The notes beneath the pieces are model-generated. The model searched no databases. It saw only the letters and a program-made list of their open reading frames with translations, and was not told the origin of the DNA. Made by a program: the position numbers and the translations under genes. DNA of 64,000 nt from Asterias rubens (lineage: Eukaryota): the NCBI RefSeq assembly GCF_902459465.1, contig NC_047063.1, positions 11,346,001 to 11,410,000 of the forward strand. The letters run 5' to 3'. Below are positions 52,872 to 62,808 of this stretch, one piece after another (position 1 is the first letter of the stretch; every line of letters starts with the position of its first letter).

Positions 52872-53833
52872 TTAGTCATGTTGTACAAATAGCCCCCCAA
52901 AAAAAAAAGTACTGCCAGTCTTAGAAGTATTGTCAACAGTGGTCCTGATCAAATAAAGAAAGGAAGACAATCTTTACTCTTGTTCTTGTTTTTTTTTTTT
53001 CATTTCATTTCAAGTGCATGCATGATATTTTTCCTACTTAGGTCTGATTTAGATTTCTTTGGCCCTTGGATAAATTAAGAAAAATTGTGATTACATCCCT
53101 GAAAAGTCTGTTAAAGCCTCTACCACTTGTGTACATGTCGGTCAGCCCTTGTACGCGATAAAACATTCCCACTTTGTTTCCACTGACCAAAATATCATTC
53201 CTGCAAGTGGAACATAAAGTAGGCCAGGCAGGTCGGGTGAATAAGGCAAGGGGGTTATGTGATCGTTGATGTTAAGGTTGATGTTCGCCTTAGACACTCC
53301 GCCCAGGTATCAATCCATCAATCAGTGCCTTTCCATATGCTCCCGAAATAACCTCTCACATGATCTCAACCCGGAGGCTGAATTCGGTCATGGCTGGAAT
53401 TAATGATAAGTGCACGACAGTCTCTCGCCTCCGAAATGGATTAGAAACATGAACTTTCTCATCAGCAGTGTCATACATCTATCTCTGTTTGGAAATAAGA
53501 AACTGGACATTCGATACATTGATCCGAAGAGAATGTAATGGAACGGGTGGAAAAAGGTGCCTTTTGTGGTATCTGTATTTCCTTTTAAAGATGTGGTTAA
53601 GCATTGGTTTTTATTAATCACTACACATCTCAAATGCAGGGATGTGGTTTCTCTGTTTTTAAATCCGGAAGTCCATGTTTTTTAAGAAAAAAAAAAAAAT
53701 AATAATAATAATAATATTAGTAATTAAAAAAAATAAATAAAAAAGAAGAAGAAAAACACACACCATTTGGAACACCCTGATATCCTTACAGATTTCTAAT
53801 AATTGATTTCCTTATTTCTCGTTTCCCATTTAG

Positions 53834-54093
53834 GTCATTATGGTCCAGTTTGTACCAGCGCCTGTGATCTCAACGTCTGCCAGCACGGATCACAATGTCT
53901 CCCCTCTAGAAACTCTCCTATCGGCTACATCTGTAAGTGCTCGGAGCAGTACTACGGTGATCACTGTGAACACAGAGTGGAGGAATGTGACGAGGACTGG
54001 TGGGGTTTTAAGATCTGCGGACCGTGTGAATGCGATGAAGAGAGAGGCTTCAACTCGGACTGTAATAAGACGACCGGCGAATGCTACTGTGAG
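53834..54093 (+). CDS. CELSR: CELSR exon (260 nt, phase 1-0): EGF and laminin-EGF-like module (CDLNVCQHGSQC...CDEDWWGFKICGPCEC...CNKTTGECYCE)
   Basis: Acceptor tttag|, donor GAG|gtgagt; WWG..CGPC and CNKTTG.C motifs. Confidence 0.95.
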
Positions 54094-54536
54094 GTGAGTA
54101 CTGTCAGAATTCTTTGTACATCAAAATGAAACCCGACCGAACTATGTCTAGCACGTCCGTAGATCCACGTACATTGCCATTTCTTCTAATTGCAAGTTGG
54201 GATGGTTGCCCGAAAATTTTGAGCAGGATCAAAGTTCTGTAGCACCATTCCTGATCAAACCTGTCTGAGCCCATCCATGAAGTTCTTAAACAGACTGCAA
54301 GAAGTTGGTTCTCCGTCCACCCCGTTTGCACACAGTTTAAGCCCATTCTGCTACATTTTTTTCAGAACGGAGTGAGAACGAGTTTGGTGTGATGGGGGCT
54401 TTTAAGCAGAAAATATATTGCTGACAAATTTCCTGTCGATTCATAGTAGTTTGTACATGGTGTTTTGTATCACATAACGTGATTGGTACTGGATTAATAA
54501 AAATTCACTATCTATAACTGTGATATAACTGTTCCA

Positions 54537-54772
54537 TGCTTCTCCTCATTGAACCCAAGTCTCAACACTCACGGGGTGACAGGTCTTTTTCTTCAGCTGC
54601 GCCACGAATCTGGAACTCTCAACCACTTAATCTTTGATCTTGTCTTTGTAACTCGAAATTCAAGAACTAGTTTTGTTGTGTCTGTTTTTCTTTCAATTTG
54701 TTTTGGGGTTTACTGCGCCTTGAACACCCTGCAGGGTGGATATGTGCACATTACAAGTCTTTGTTATTATTC

Positions 54773-54801
<29 letters not shown>
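54537..54801 (+). mobile_element. L2-clade LINE 3' fragment with (ATT)n tail
   Basis: Translates GDRSFSSAAPRIWNSQP, an L2-type ORF2 C-terminal motif, followed by a 3' UTR and ATT repeats. Confidence 0.75.
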
Positions 54802-54803
<2 letters not shown>

Positions 54804-54857
54804 TGGACCAATAAAAATGCATCCTATTACAGTGGTATAACAAAAAAGCTTGTTTTT

Positions 54858-55136
54858 ATTAATTTTTGTTTTCACCCATACACCGATATGTATTAGCACT
54901 GTATACTCAGTACTTTCCCAAGGTTGCCCGGTAGCTAGAGGCAGTTTGAATCCTATGTCTAGTTGGTAAGACACTGCTCTAGATATGCAAGGGTTGTGGG
55001 TTCGAATCCCACCCGAGTAACATGCCTGTGATATTTTTTCACAGGACTCGGGAAAGTACTGAGTATACAGTGCTATAACACACATCGGTGATGGGTAAAA
55101 ACCAAAAATTAATATTCTTTTTCCCCGATGCAAATT
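54858..55136. mobile_element. Family E head-to-head (foldback) structure with B box GGTTCGAATCC at 54999-55009
   Basis: 54858-54919 is the reverse complement of 55050-55113. Confidence 0.75.
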
Positions 55137-55174
55137 TCACATCTCTTATAAACTTGTTTTGTTATGCTTACCAG

Positions 55175-55358
55175 GAATATTCGTACCAACCTGAAGACAG
55201 TGATACCTGCTTCCCATGTAACTGTTTCCATGAGGGATCCTTTGGTCCTGAATGTGATGGACGGACCGGTCAGTGCCAATGTAAGAGGGGTGTCATCGGA
55301 AGGGCCTGTGATTCCTGCGTAGATCCTTATGCTGAGGTTACATTGAGAGGCTGTGAAG
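55175..55358 (+). CDS. CELSR: CELSR exon (184 nt, phase 0-1): laminin-type EGF (CFPCNCFHEGS...TGQCQCKRGVIGRACDSC...PYAEVTLRGCE)
   Basis: Acceptor ccag|, donor AAG|gtgggt; LamEGF Cys pattern. Confidence 0.95.
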
Positions 55359-55867
55359 GTGGGTAGCGTCTTATATAACATTGCCTCATTTCGGCTGGTT
55401 TGGGTTTCTATTGGAACAACATGTTTAACTCTTTCATGTGCTGACTGGTCGCTAGCGACCGGTTTGTATCCCTTTAGAAAAATAGTATGCCCCTCGTTTG
55501 TGAAACAGGCTGCCAGCAGAAATTCAATCAGCTGATACGTTTGAAAATTTTAATTCTTATCCTAAAAACTTATTATGTTTTTACTAACGTTTTCCGTATT
55601 TTAATTGGTTTTAATTGTACAGTGCTTTGTGATGTCTGTGACATGGAAGGTGTTTTCATATAAATAATATCATCATTATTATTATTATATTATTAAAACA
55701 AACAGTTAAGTGACCAGGGCACTATAATGTAAAGGGAATTGAGACGCTATTGTGAAATGCACTATATAAAAACTAGTTATTCGGTGTTCGGGCAACAGCC
55801 CGAACAACTCTTTGATTTTGTTCGGTTTTTTTTGTTTTGTATAATTAATATTATAATTAATATTCTT

Positions 55868-55970
55868 CATTTTGTTGTGTCTGTTTTTTTCTTTGTTTTG
55901 TTTCGTTTTGTTTGTTGTTGGTTGTTGTTGAACACCCAGCAGGGTGGATAGGTGCGCATTACAAGTCTTA

Positions 55971-56005
<35 letters not shown>
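55868..56005 (+). mobile_element. 3' tail of the same L2-type element, abutting the HRM-exon acceptor
   Basis: ttgaacacccagcagggtggataggtgcgcattacaagtct matches 54720-54760; (TAT)n tail. Confidence 0.7.
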
Positions 56006-56011
56006 TCACAG

Positions 56012-56208
56012 TGGTGTATGATTCCTGTCCGAAGAGGTACGCAGAGGGTATCTGGTGGCCCAATACCAAGTTCAACCAGGTTTCAATGGTAAACTGTCCT
56101 ACAGGGTCTGTCGGTAAAGCATCGAGGGAATGCTCATTGGATAATAACTGGCTCAAACCAGATCTATTCAACTGCCTGTCTGAGGCGTTCCAACCACTAG
56201 AGGATATG
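56012..56208 (+). CDS. CELSR: CELSR exon (197 nt, phase 1-0): hormone-receptor motif HRM (VYDSCPKRYAEGIWWPNTKF...CPTGSVGKASREC...PDLFNCLS)
   Basis: Acceptor tcacag|, donor ATG|gtaaga; conserved Cys/Trp of the HRM domain. Confidence 0.95.
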
Positions 56209-56483
56209 GTAAGAATTATTGGCAACTTAAAGGGTTTTGATACCTTTTTTAGTTCAATGAACTTCTCATCCCATTACATGTACATGTATGTTTGAAGAAA
56301 CTTTGAATAGTAGTAAAGTTGCGAGTACAACAATCCCCCACATTTACTATTTATTTATAGTTGCTTCCTATTTTGCCACACCATGCAAAGCTTCAAACAA
56401 CAATAACATGTGTTTCACCCGATATTAAAATCCACTACCTTGCAAAGATATCATGTGGTTGTTGTGTTATTTTGACCGTGCAG

Positions 56484-56690
56484 TTGTCCGAGCTCCAGCA
56501 CACCAAGCGTCTGAACCCTGACCTGTCCTTCAGAGTAGTCGAGAAGGTCCACCAGGCCACTCAGGAGACCCAAACCATGTATGGTGGAGACGTTAACATC
56601 ACCTACAATGTACTGATGATTGTACTCAATCATGAGAGTAAACAAGAAGGGCTGAATGTAACGGCTGCTATCAAGAGCTCTTTTACCAAG
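56484..56690 (+). CDS. CELSR: CELSR exon (207 nt, phase 0-0): GAIN subdomain A (LSELQHT...MYGGDVNITY...HESKQEGLNVTAAIKSSFTK)
   Basis: Acceptor gtgcag|, donor AAG|gtaagt; G.DV and HES.Q.G motifs. Confidence 0.93.
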
Positions 56691-56730
56691 GTAAGTGTTG
56701 TATGTAGAATGGTCGCCCCTGGTCTACTCC

Positions 56731-56940
56731 TGGTGCGTTCGAATAGCTTTGACGTTATTCCAGGGGCTCACCCGGGTCAGCCCCCAGTGCCCTGCTTGTG
56801 GAGTGGGTCACTTGGGGGTGACCTGAGGTGCATGGCGTCACCACGAGAGGGCGAGTGTGATCGTTTCATTAGCTCTTGTCGGGGGCTCACCCGAGTTAGC
56901 ACCGCAGGGAACACCCAGGGACGCTAATCAAATGCAACCA
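56731..56940. mobile_element. GC-rich MITE-like insertion
   Basis: Imperfect TIR ggtgcgttcgaatagc / gctaatcaaatgcaacc; GC content well above the flanking intron. Confidence 0.5.
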
Positions 56941-57184
56941 CTGTTTGAAATGTCGAGACCACATCAGCTTTTTTCAGAGCCAACACTCCCACAAAAGAGA
57001 TTTACACATGTTTGAATTTGCAAGATTACTAGTTATTTATACTTTCTTTCTTGCAAAGTAATGACTCGAACACAGGTATAAACTTCAACAACTTTATTTT
57101 ACAAATTGATGTTCTTATATATACACACTTTCAAACTGCTCAACTGAAATACTATTAAGATACTGCAAGAGCTGTGTGTTGGAG

Positions 57185-57291
57185 AGTTTCTCACAATGTT
57201 TTAAACTATGAACAGCTCTCCATTGCTCAATACCAAGTTTGTTTGTATGCTAACAATTATTTTGAGTAATTACCAATAGTGTCCAGTGCCT
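57185..57291. mobile_element. Family C-related MITE fragment
   Basis: Ends taattaccaatagtgtccagtgcct|TTAA. Confidence 0.65.
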
Positions 57292-57436
57292 TTAATTAGC
57301 AGGAAAAAAAAAACCCCAAAACATCTAACAACTGGTACTGAGAACTCCTTTACTAATCCTAGAACCCTTTTTGAGGTAGGGTGTATTTACACAAATTAAA
57401 GGCTTATTCTGTTCTGTTTTATTTGGTTTCTTGCAG

Positions 57437-57620
57437 AACATCGTTGAGATCTCCAGCCACTTGCTGGACCCCAAGAACAAAGAGCACTGGGAAGTGATCC
57501 AGATGCATTCTAAAGGTGTCTCGGAGGTCATGTCAGGGCTGGAAGCCTTCGGTGCTAACATCGTCAGAACGCCTGACTACCAGTACACCCCAGAGTTCTC
57601 CATTGTGTCCCAACATATTG
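57437..57620 (+). CDS. CELSR: CELSR exon (184 nt, phase 0-1): GAIN (NIVEISSHLLDPKNKEHWEVIQ...FSIVSQHI)
   Basis: Acceptor ttgcag|, donor TTG|gtaaga. Confidence 0.93.
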
Positions 57621-57770
57621 GTAAGATCATCAACAAGTCTGTATCCTAAATAAATCACTTGGGGCCAATGTTTCTAAAAAATAATAACAGTGGATTCTTA
57701 TGAAGCGCTCATATCCGTCGCTCGAGTTGCGGTCAGCGGTCAGTATTTTGCAAGGTATGTGGGACTACGT

Positions 57771-58022
57771 TGGAATTATATTTTCATGGCTCTGCTAACC
57801 GTAAGCACAGAATCGGCGCTTACGGAAGAAGATAATTCTGTGCTAACAGCAAGCGTGTTTCACGGGCTAGCGGCGAATTTTGGCTTCTGCACGTGCGTAC
57901 TCCAGTTAATTGGACATTCTACGCTTACAAGGCTAGCGCAGAAATTCGGCGCTTGCACGTAAGCGGGGAATCGTGATCGTAAGCGCAGAATTCGGCTGTG
58001 AGCAGCGCCATGAAATTGAGCC
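57771..58022. mobile_element. CpG-rich MITE related to family B (tttcatggctctgct ... agcagcgccatgaaattgagccc)
   Basis: Inverted termini and internal gtaagc/gcagaattcgg repeats. Confidence 0.6.
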
Positions 58023-58168
58023 CTGTTTACCTAGCACCATGTAATGGTTTATGAGGTGCTAGTGGCACCAATACTAAGTACACAGTGTTTACACGCATCA
58101 GTGTATGAGTAAAACACATTCTTTATCCCTGATGCGAGTTTAACGTGTACTCAATTTTATTTCCCCAG

Positions 58169-58421
58169 TTATGCACCATGACGTCATCCTGCGCGAGAAC
58201 TTCACCTCCACAGTGATCCCCCAGTACGGAATGGTCCAATGGGATAACGGGATCGAGCGGGATACCAACCAGATTCACTTCCCGGGTAACGCTATCCAGC
58301 CCAAGCCCGAGGTGGAAGACCCCACGCAGATCTCGCTCCAGAGTAAGGTCGCCGTCACGTGCTACATCAAGTACAACACCATTGGTCATCTGCTGCCTAA
58401 CCAATCAGATGAAAGTGTTGA
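58169..58421 (+). CDS. CELSR: CELSR exon (253 nt, phase 1-2): GAIN subdomain B (MHHDVILRENF...YNTIGHLLPNQSDESV)
   Basis: Acceptor ccccag|, donor GA|gtaagt. Confidence 0.92.
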
Positions 58422-58952
58422 GTAAGTCACTACCAGTAGACTTTTAGGGAAAGGGGAGTGGGGGGGGGGCCTTGTTTGTAAGTCATAACAAGCCCCCCAC
58501 CCCAACCCCCTATCCCAATAAATTTGAACTTTTTTATAAATGCTGGGTCATAGTGTATTGTCTACCAATTTTTGAAATCGTGTTTTAAACTATTTTTACA
58601 TGCGAGTTTGCAACTATGCTTTTGTGTGTTTGTATTAGATATAAATGTATGCTTTTACCCCTTTATTGTTAATATCTATTTTCTTAACTACATGTATGTA
58701 TTTGTGTGTGTGTGTTTGATGTATGTTTTTTACCTGTAAATCTATTTCTTAACTTCGGAAAGTTGAAAAGTGAACGGTGTCAGCCTTTTTTATTTTGTTT
58801 ATTCAAATGAATAGTTCATTAATAACAATCAAGTATCGATTGAAAATGGGACAAACTTTAAGGGACACATTTGCCTTCAATCTCGTCGATTTGAAACAAT
58901 TTTATAAAACATGCTTAAATATGGTGCATTTTTTTCTCTCCTTACCCCATAG

Positions 58953-59132
58953 ATCAGCAAAGGGATCCGTTGGTCAAATCATCAACTCACCGGTCATCTC
59001 ACTCTCCCTGTACGATCATCTGGCAAGCGAGAGCAGTGTTCATGACCTGGTGACCCCTGTTATCTTTGAGTTAAGAACAGACGGAGGTTCTAATCAACTT
59101 AATCCTCAGTGTATCTTCTGGAACTTCTCTTT
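58953..59132 (+). CDS. CELSR: CELSR exon (180 nt, phase 2-2): GAIN (QIINSPVISLSL...NPQCIFWNFS)
   Basis: Acceptor catag|, donor TT|gtaagt; IINSPV and P.C.FW motifs. Confidence 0.95.
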
Positions 59133-59154
59133 GTAAGTTGACTTCCCTTTAAGA

Positions 59155-59675
59155 TAATTTTCTTACGCCGCTCCATTTCTTTGGAATAGTCTTCCTGTGC
59201 ATGGCTAGTTCTTAACAATGTTTTTATCTGTTACCAGTTATCTATCTCTTAGTCTTCTGACCGTAAGTCAGTTTCCTCCATCCTTTTTGATCCTCAGACT
59301 TTCTCAGTGAGTCATTCAGCCTCAGACCCGTCCACTCCATGATGTTGTCCTCCCACCCTTTTCTCTACCTGCCTCTCTTTCTTCCTCCTTGTACAGTGCC
59401 TTGCAGGATCGTCTTTTAATAGCAAGTCCTGGTGATCGTGAAATGTGCCCATACCATTTCAGTTTACGCTTTTTGACAGTGGTCAGGAGATCTTCGTAGG
59501 GTCCAATGACTTGCCTGATTTTTGTGTTTTTAGTCTCTGTTAAAAACGCATTTGTTTGAAGCTACTTCTTTGTAATCTGCTTACTTGTCATTGTATCTTT
59601 CACTCATTGTATGTTCTCTTTATGCACCTAGAGGCTTTTGCAAAAGGCGCTTTACAAAATATATTTATTGTTGTT
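59155..59675 (+). mobile_element. L2-clade LINE 3' fragment (FSYAAPFLWNSLP ... LKTHLFEA), interrupted
   Basis: Motif halves at 59158-59202 and ~59525-59563; tail gcgctttacaaaat...ttgttg. Confidence 0.7.
59238..59520 (-). mobile_element. RTE-clade LINE 3' fragment
   Basis: Minus-strand translation (frameshifted) IGPYEDLLTTVKKRKLKWYGHISRSPGLA..TILQGTVQGGRKRGR..WEDNIMEWTGL, typical of an RTE ORF C-terminus. Confidence 0.85.
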
Positions 59676-59943
59676 TTTGTTGTTATTACTTAAACTTGTT
59701 TGTGTACCTTTTACTGTTAATTTGATGTACTTTTACCCTTTTATCTTCTCCATTTTTGGAGGTGTTAAGGAAATAAATAACTACCTGAGATATAGGTGTT
59801 GTTTCTGTAAAGTGCCAGGTGGACTCCTCTCGATGACAACAACACAGTTGCCAAAGCATTTAGATTAGCCAACTTACTCCACTCACAGCCAAGAACTCCA
59901 CTGAAGAGATTTTAAATGGTGTGCTCGGGTTTAATAGATGTCT

Positions 59944-60105
59944 AATTTGCATCGGGGATAAATTTTGGTTGGGAATATTAATTTTGGTTTGGAATATTAA
60001 TTTTTGGTTTTTACCCATGGTTTTCACCCTGTCATATTTTGTCATTGGACTTGGGAAAGTACCGAGTATACAGTGCTAACACACATCGGTGTATGGGTAA
60101 AAACC
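59944..60105. mobile_element. Family E remnants, again head-to-head
   Basis: Minus arm aatttgcatcgggg...tttttacccat (59944-60018) followed by plus arm gggaaagtaccgagtatacagtgc...gggtaaaaacca. Confidence 0.65.
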
Positions 60106-60200
60106 AGCGCTTAGAAACCCTGTATTAGGTGCTATATAAATGCATGTTATTATTATTTATAAATATTTTAACATTTTTTTCTGACCGTTATTTTTTTCAG

Positions 60201-60327
60201 GTTTGATGGTGTGGGAGGATGGTCATCCAAAGGCTGTACTGTGGATTCTGTCAATGATACCCATGTCAACTGTTCCTGTAATCATCTCACTAACTTTGCC
60301 GTCATCGTAGACAACTATTATGCCAGG
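60201..60327 (+). CDS. CELSR: CELSR exon (127 nt, phase 2-0): GPS motif and tethered-agonist stalk (GGWSSKGC...[22 protein letters not shown])
   Basis: Acceptor tttcag|, donor AGG|gtaact; canonical GPS W..GC...C.C.HLT.FAV. Confidence 0.96.
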
Positions 60328-60873
60328 GTAACTTAAATACATCCACTTTTTCTTTTAACTTTGTACATTGAATAGATTTTGGCCTCTGGGTCACCTGTTT
60401 CAATTTTAATGTGTGATAATAATAAATATACCAGAAAGATATTAGGCTTGTAAATATTCTTTGGAACAATGTTTCAATCATACTAGTTATTATAACCAAA
60501 TGATCCGTGTACATATGAATTTTTGGCAATTTATTACCAAATTGTTTTTTTTATAAATTTGAAAAACTTTTTGTGAGTATTTATTGCCATTGCTGTCATT
60601 TTGTTCATACAAATTTTCACAAAAAGTATCTTACACTGTTTTGCCCCCATAAAGTGAGATGTTACAAATATTTCAAAGATTGTTTTTTCTTCTGCTGTGG
60701 TATGTCAAGGAAGATGCCTAAATTTGGAAGGATGTTAGCAGATCTATCAGACATCTCTAAGGCAGCTTCCATTACAGGAACTACCTTGTTTGTAGAAGCA
60801 TTATTTTCTAGCAAGGCAGCTATGAACCTACCCTAATGGCAAAACAATTTCCACAAGTAGAAACAAAAATTGA

Positions 60874-61191
60874 AATTTTTGAAAATTAATGTTTATTCTC
60901 TCCATCGCCCACAGGAGCACTTTCAGCAGCCTCTTGTAACAATGTCAATGAAGTTAAAACAAAAAATGAGTGGGAAAAAGTATGCCATTTTTGAATTTAA
61001 TGTTTGTTTTCTCCACCACCCACAGGAGTACATTCAGCGCATTTTCCTCTTCAGATTGTCTCCTATAAGAATGTCAAAAACTTAAACAAAAAATTTGTGA
61101 AAAAAAGCAATTTTTGTAAATTAATGTTTATTTTCTCCACCGCCCACAGGAGTATCTCCAGCAGCCTCTAGCTCTTCAGATTGTCTCCTAT
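60874..61191 (+). repeat. Tandem triplication of the TM1-exon acceptor region (decoy AGs at 60913-60914 and 61024-61025; functional AG at 61148-61149)
   Basis: Three copies of ttaatgtttRttYtctccaYcRcccacag|GAGYA..., with acceptors spaced 111 and 124 nt apart. Confidence 0.93.
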
Positions 61192-61353
61192 GTTGGTTTA
61201 GGTGTGTCCATCATGGCTCTGGTCTTCACCTTCTTCACTCTACTCTGCATTCCACGACTACACTGTAATCTGAACAGCATCCACGTCAATCTAGTCTTTA
61301 CGCTCATTACTGCCGAGGTCACATTCCTTGTGGGCATCAACACGGAGAACAAC
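61150..61353 (+). CDS. CELSR: CELSR exon (204 nt, phase 0-0): TM1-TM2 (EYLQQPLALQIVSYVGLGVSIMAL...NSIHVNL...FLVGINTENN)
   Basis: Acceptor cccacag|, donor AAC|gtaagt; two hydrophobic helices with family-2 GPCR motifs. Confidence 0.94.
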
Positions 61354-61933
61354 GTAAGTCTCTCATTACTCTCACTCAGTTTGTGTGGTCATTTCCTGAA
61401 GGCACCGGTCACGTTTTGTAATTACTCAGCAATGGAGAGCTGAAAAGCTGTTGATAGTATAAAACATTGTGTGAAGACCTAGCCCTGGTGGCCTTAGACT
61501 TGTATCTTTACTACAGTGACGTCCTGGCGCCTGATAGTTAGGACTCTGTATCTGTGTACAGCACAGAGGAAGAGTCCTATATAGGGATATGTGAAGACCC
61601 TACCATTATGGCTGTGTGACCTTACTTCTTGACAATCTTTACAAATGAATGAATATTTTTAATATTTGAATGAGTTTTTGTAACAGATGTGTTTAATTCT
61701 TCAGTAGTTTTATGAAGTAACCTGTTGATAATATTCTCTTACCTCTTGATAATATTCTCTTGTATTTTACATTTTACGGTAATTTTTCAAATTTGCATAT
61801 TACTTACTGTACTTTTTAAGTAACGTTTATTTCTTCAGTATATTTTAGTTTATGCATTGTGCATTTGAAACTTCTTACTTTTGTAGTTTGTGTGAAGCGC
61901 TTTGGGCTCCATTTTTAGGCGGATTCTGCACTA

Positions 61934-62122
61934 TTGACCCAATTCACCTGACATCATCATCAGAATAATCTTGGATGCGCCATTTTGGTATTCAATGTCA
62001 ACGTGTGTGATCCAGTGAAGTGCGCATTTTAGGCGACGCGACGTTTACACGTAAACCTATTGACCACCAACATGGTGAGCGTGGCATCAGTCGCCGCGTG
62101 TGACGCGCGTGCAAGGGGTCAA
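61934..62122. mobile_element. TA-flanked MITE-like element (TTGACCC ... GGGTCAA)
   Basis: TA|TTGACCC and GGGTCAA|TA termini; CpG-rich interior. Confidence 0.55.
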
Positions 62123-62484
62123 TAATAATAATAATAATTATCCGTTTTTATATAGCTCTTTTCACACCCGGAGGGCGTCCCAAAGCGCTTCACATTATTA
62201 CCCCTGGTCACTGGGCCTTAAACCACTCCTTAAACCATCTCAACTCCCTGGTGGGGGAGTATGCAGCCTGTGCAACATTAATATGCGCTACTCGGCTAAA
62301 CCAATCACAAGAACCACCTCTGCCCTCACAGGTACCCATTTACCCCTGGGTGGAGAGAAGCAAATATAGTTAAGTGTCTTGCTCAGAGACACAAGTGTCA
62401 CGACCAGGATTCGAACCCATACTCTACTGAACAGAAGCACCAGAGCTTGAATTCGGTGCTCTTATCCGCTCGGCCACGACACCC
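62121..62484 (-). mobile_element. Full-length tRNA-Leu(CAA)-like SINE with (TTA)n tail
   Basis: On the minus strand: A box tggccgagcgg, Leu-like ccgaattcaagctctggt, B box ggttcgaatcc, central ccacccaggggtaaatgggtacc domain and an ATT repeat tail. Confidence 0.85.
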
Positions 62485-62569
62485 CATAAGATCTTTTATT
62501 ATTGTTATATAAATCAGCATTGTTCCCTAATTCATCTCTCCTGTATCTCTCTCCCTTGACTCATGACAG

Positions 62570-62808
62570 ATTGCATGCACCATTGTTGCGATCTTACTCC
62601 ACTATGCCCTCCTCAGTGCCTTCGGCTGGATGTTTATCGAGGGCATTCATCTGTATCGTATGATGACTGAAGTACGTAACATCAATCAGGGCCCAATGAC
62701 ATACTACTATGTCATTGCGTATGGTGTGCCTGGAATCATCGTGGGGCTAGCCGTACCACTGAGCGAGACTAACTATGGGCAGCAAGTCAATGTCAACAAC
62801 CAACACTT
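62570..62808 (+). CDS. CELSR: CELSR exon (239 nt, phase 0-2): TM3-TM4-ECL2 (IACTIVAILLHY...WMFIEGIHLYRMMTEVRNINQGPM..YY.I.YGVP)
   Basis: Acceptor gacag|, donor TT|gtgagt; LHY and WM..EG.HLYRM.TE.RN motifs. Confidence 0.96.

Noticed and set aside
54959-55016. Possible tRNA gene (also 62410-62484 minus)
   Set aside because: A/B boxes are present but the acceptor and anticodon stems do not pair properly and the sequence continues into repeat bodies; these are tRNA-derived repeats.
55912-56011. Poly-Tyr protein segment in ORF 55912..56295
   Set aside because: It is an intronic (TAT)n tail upstream of the true acceptor.
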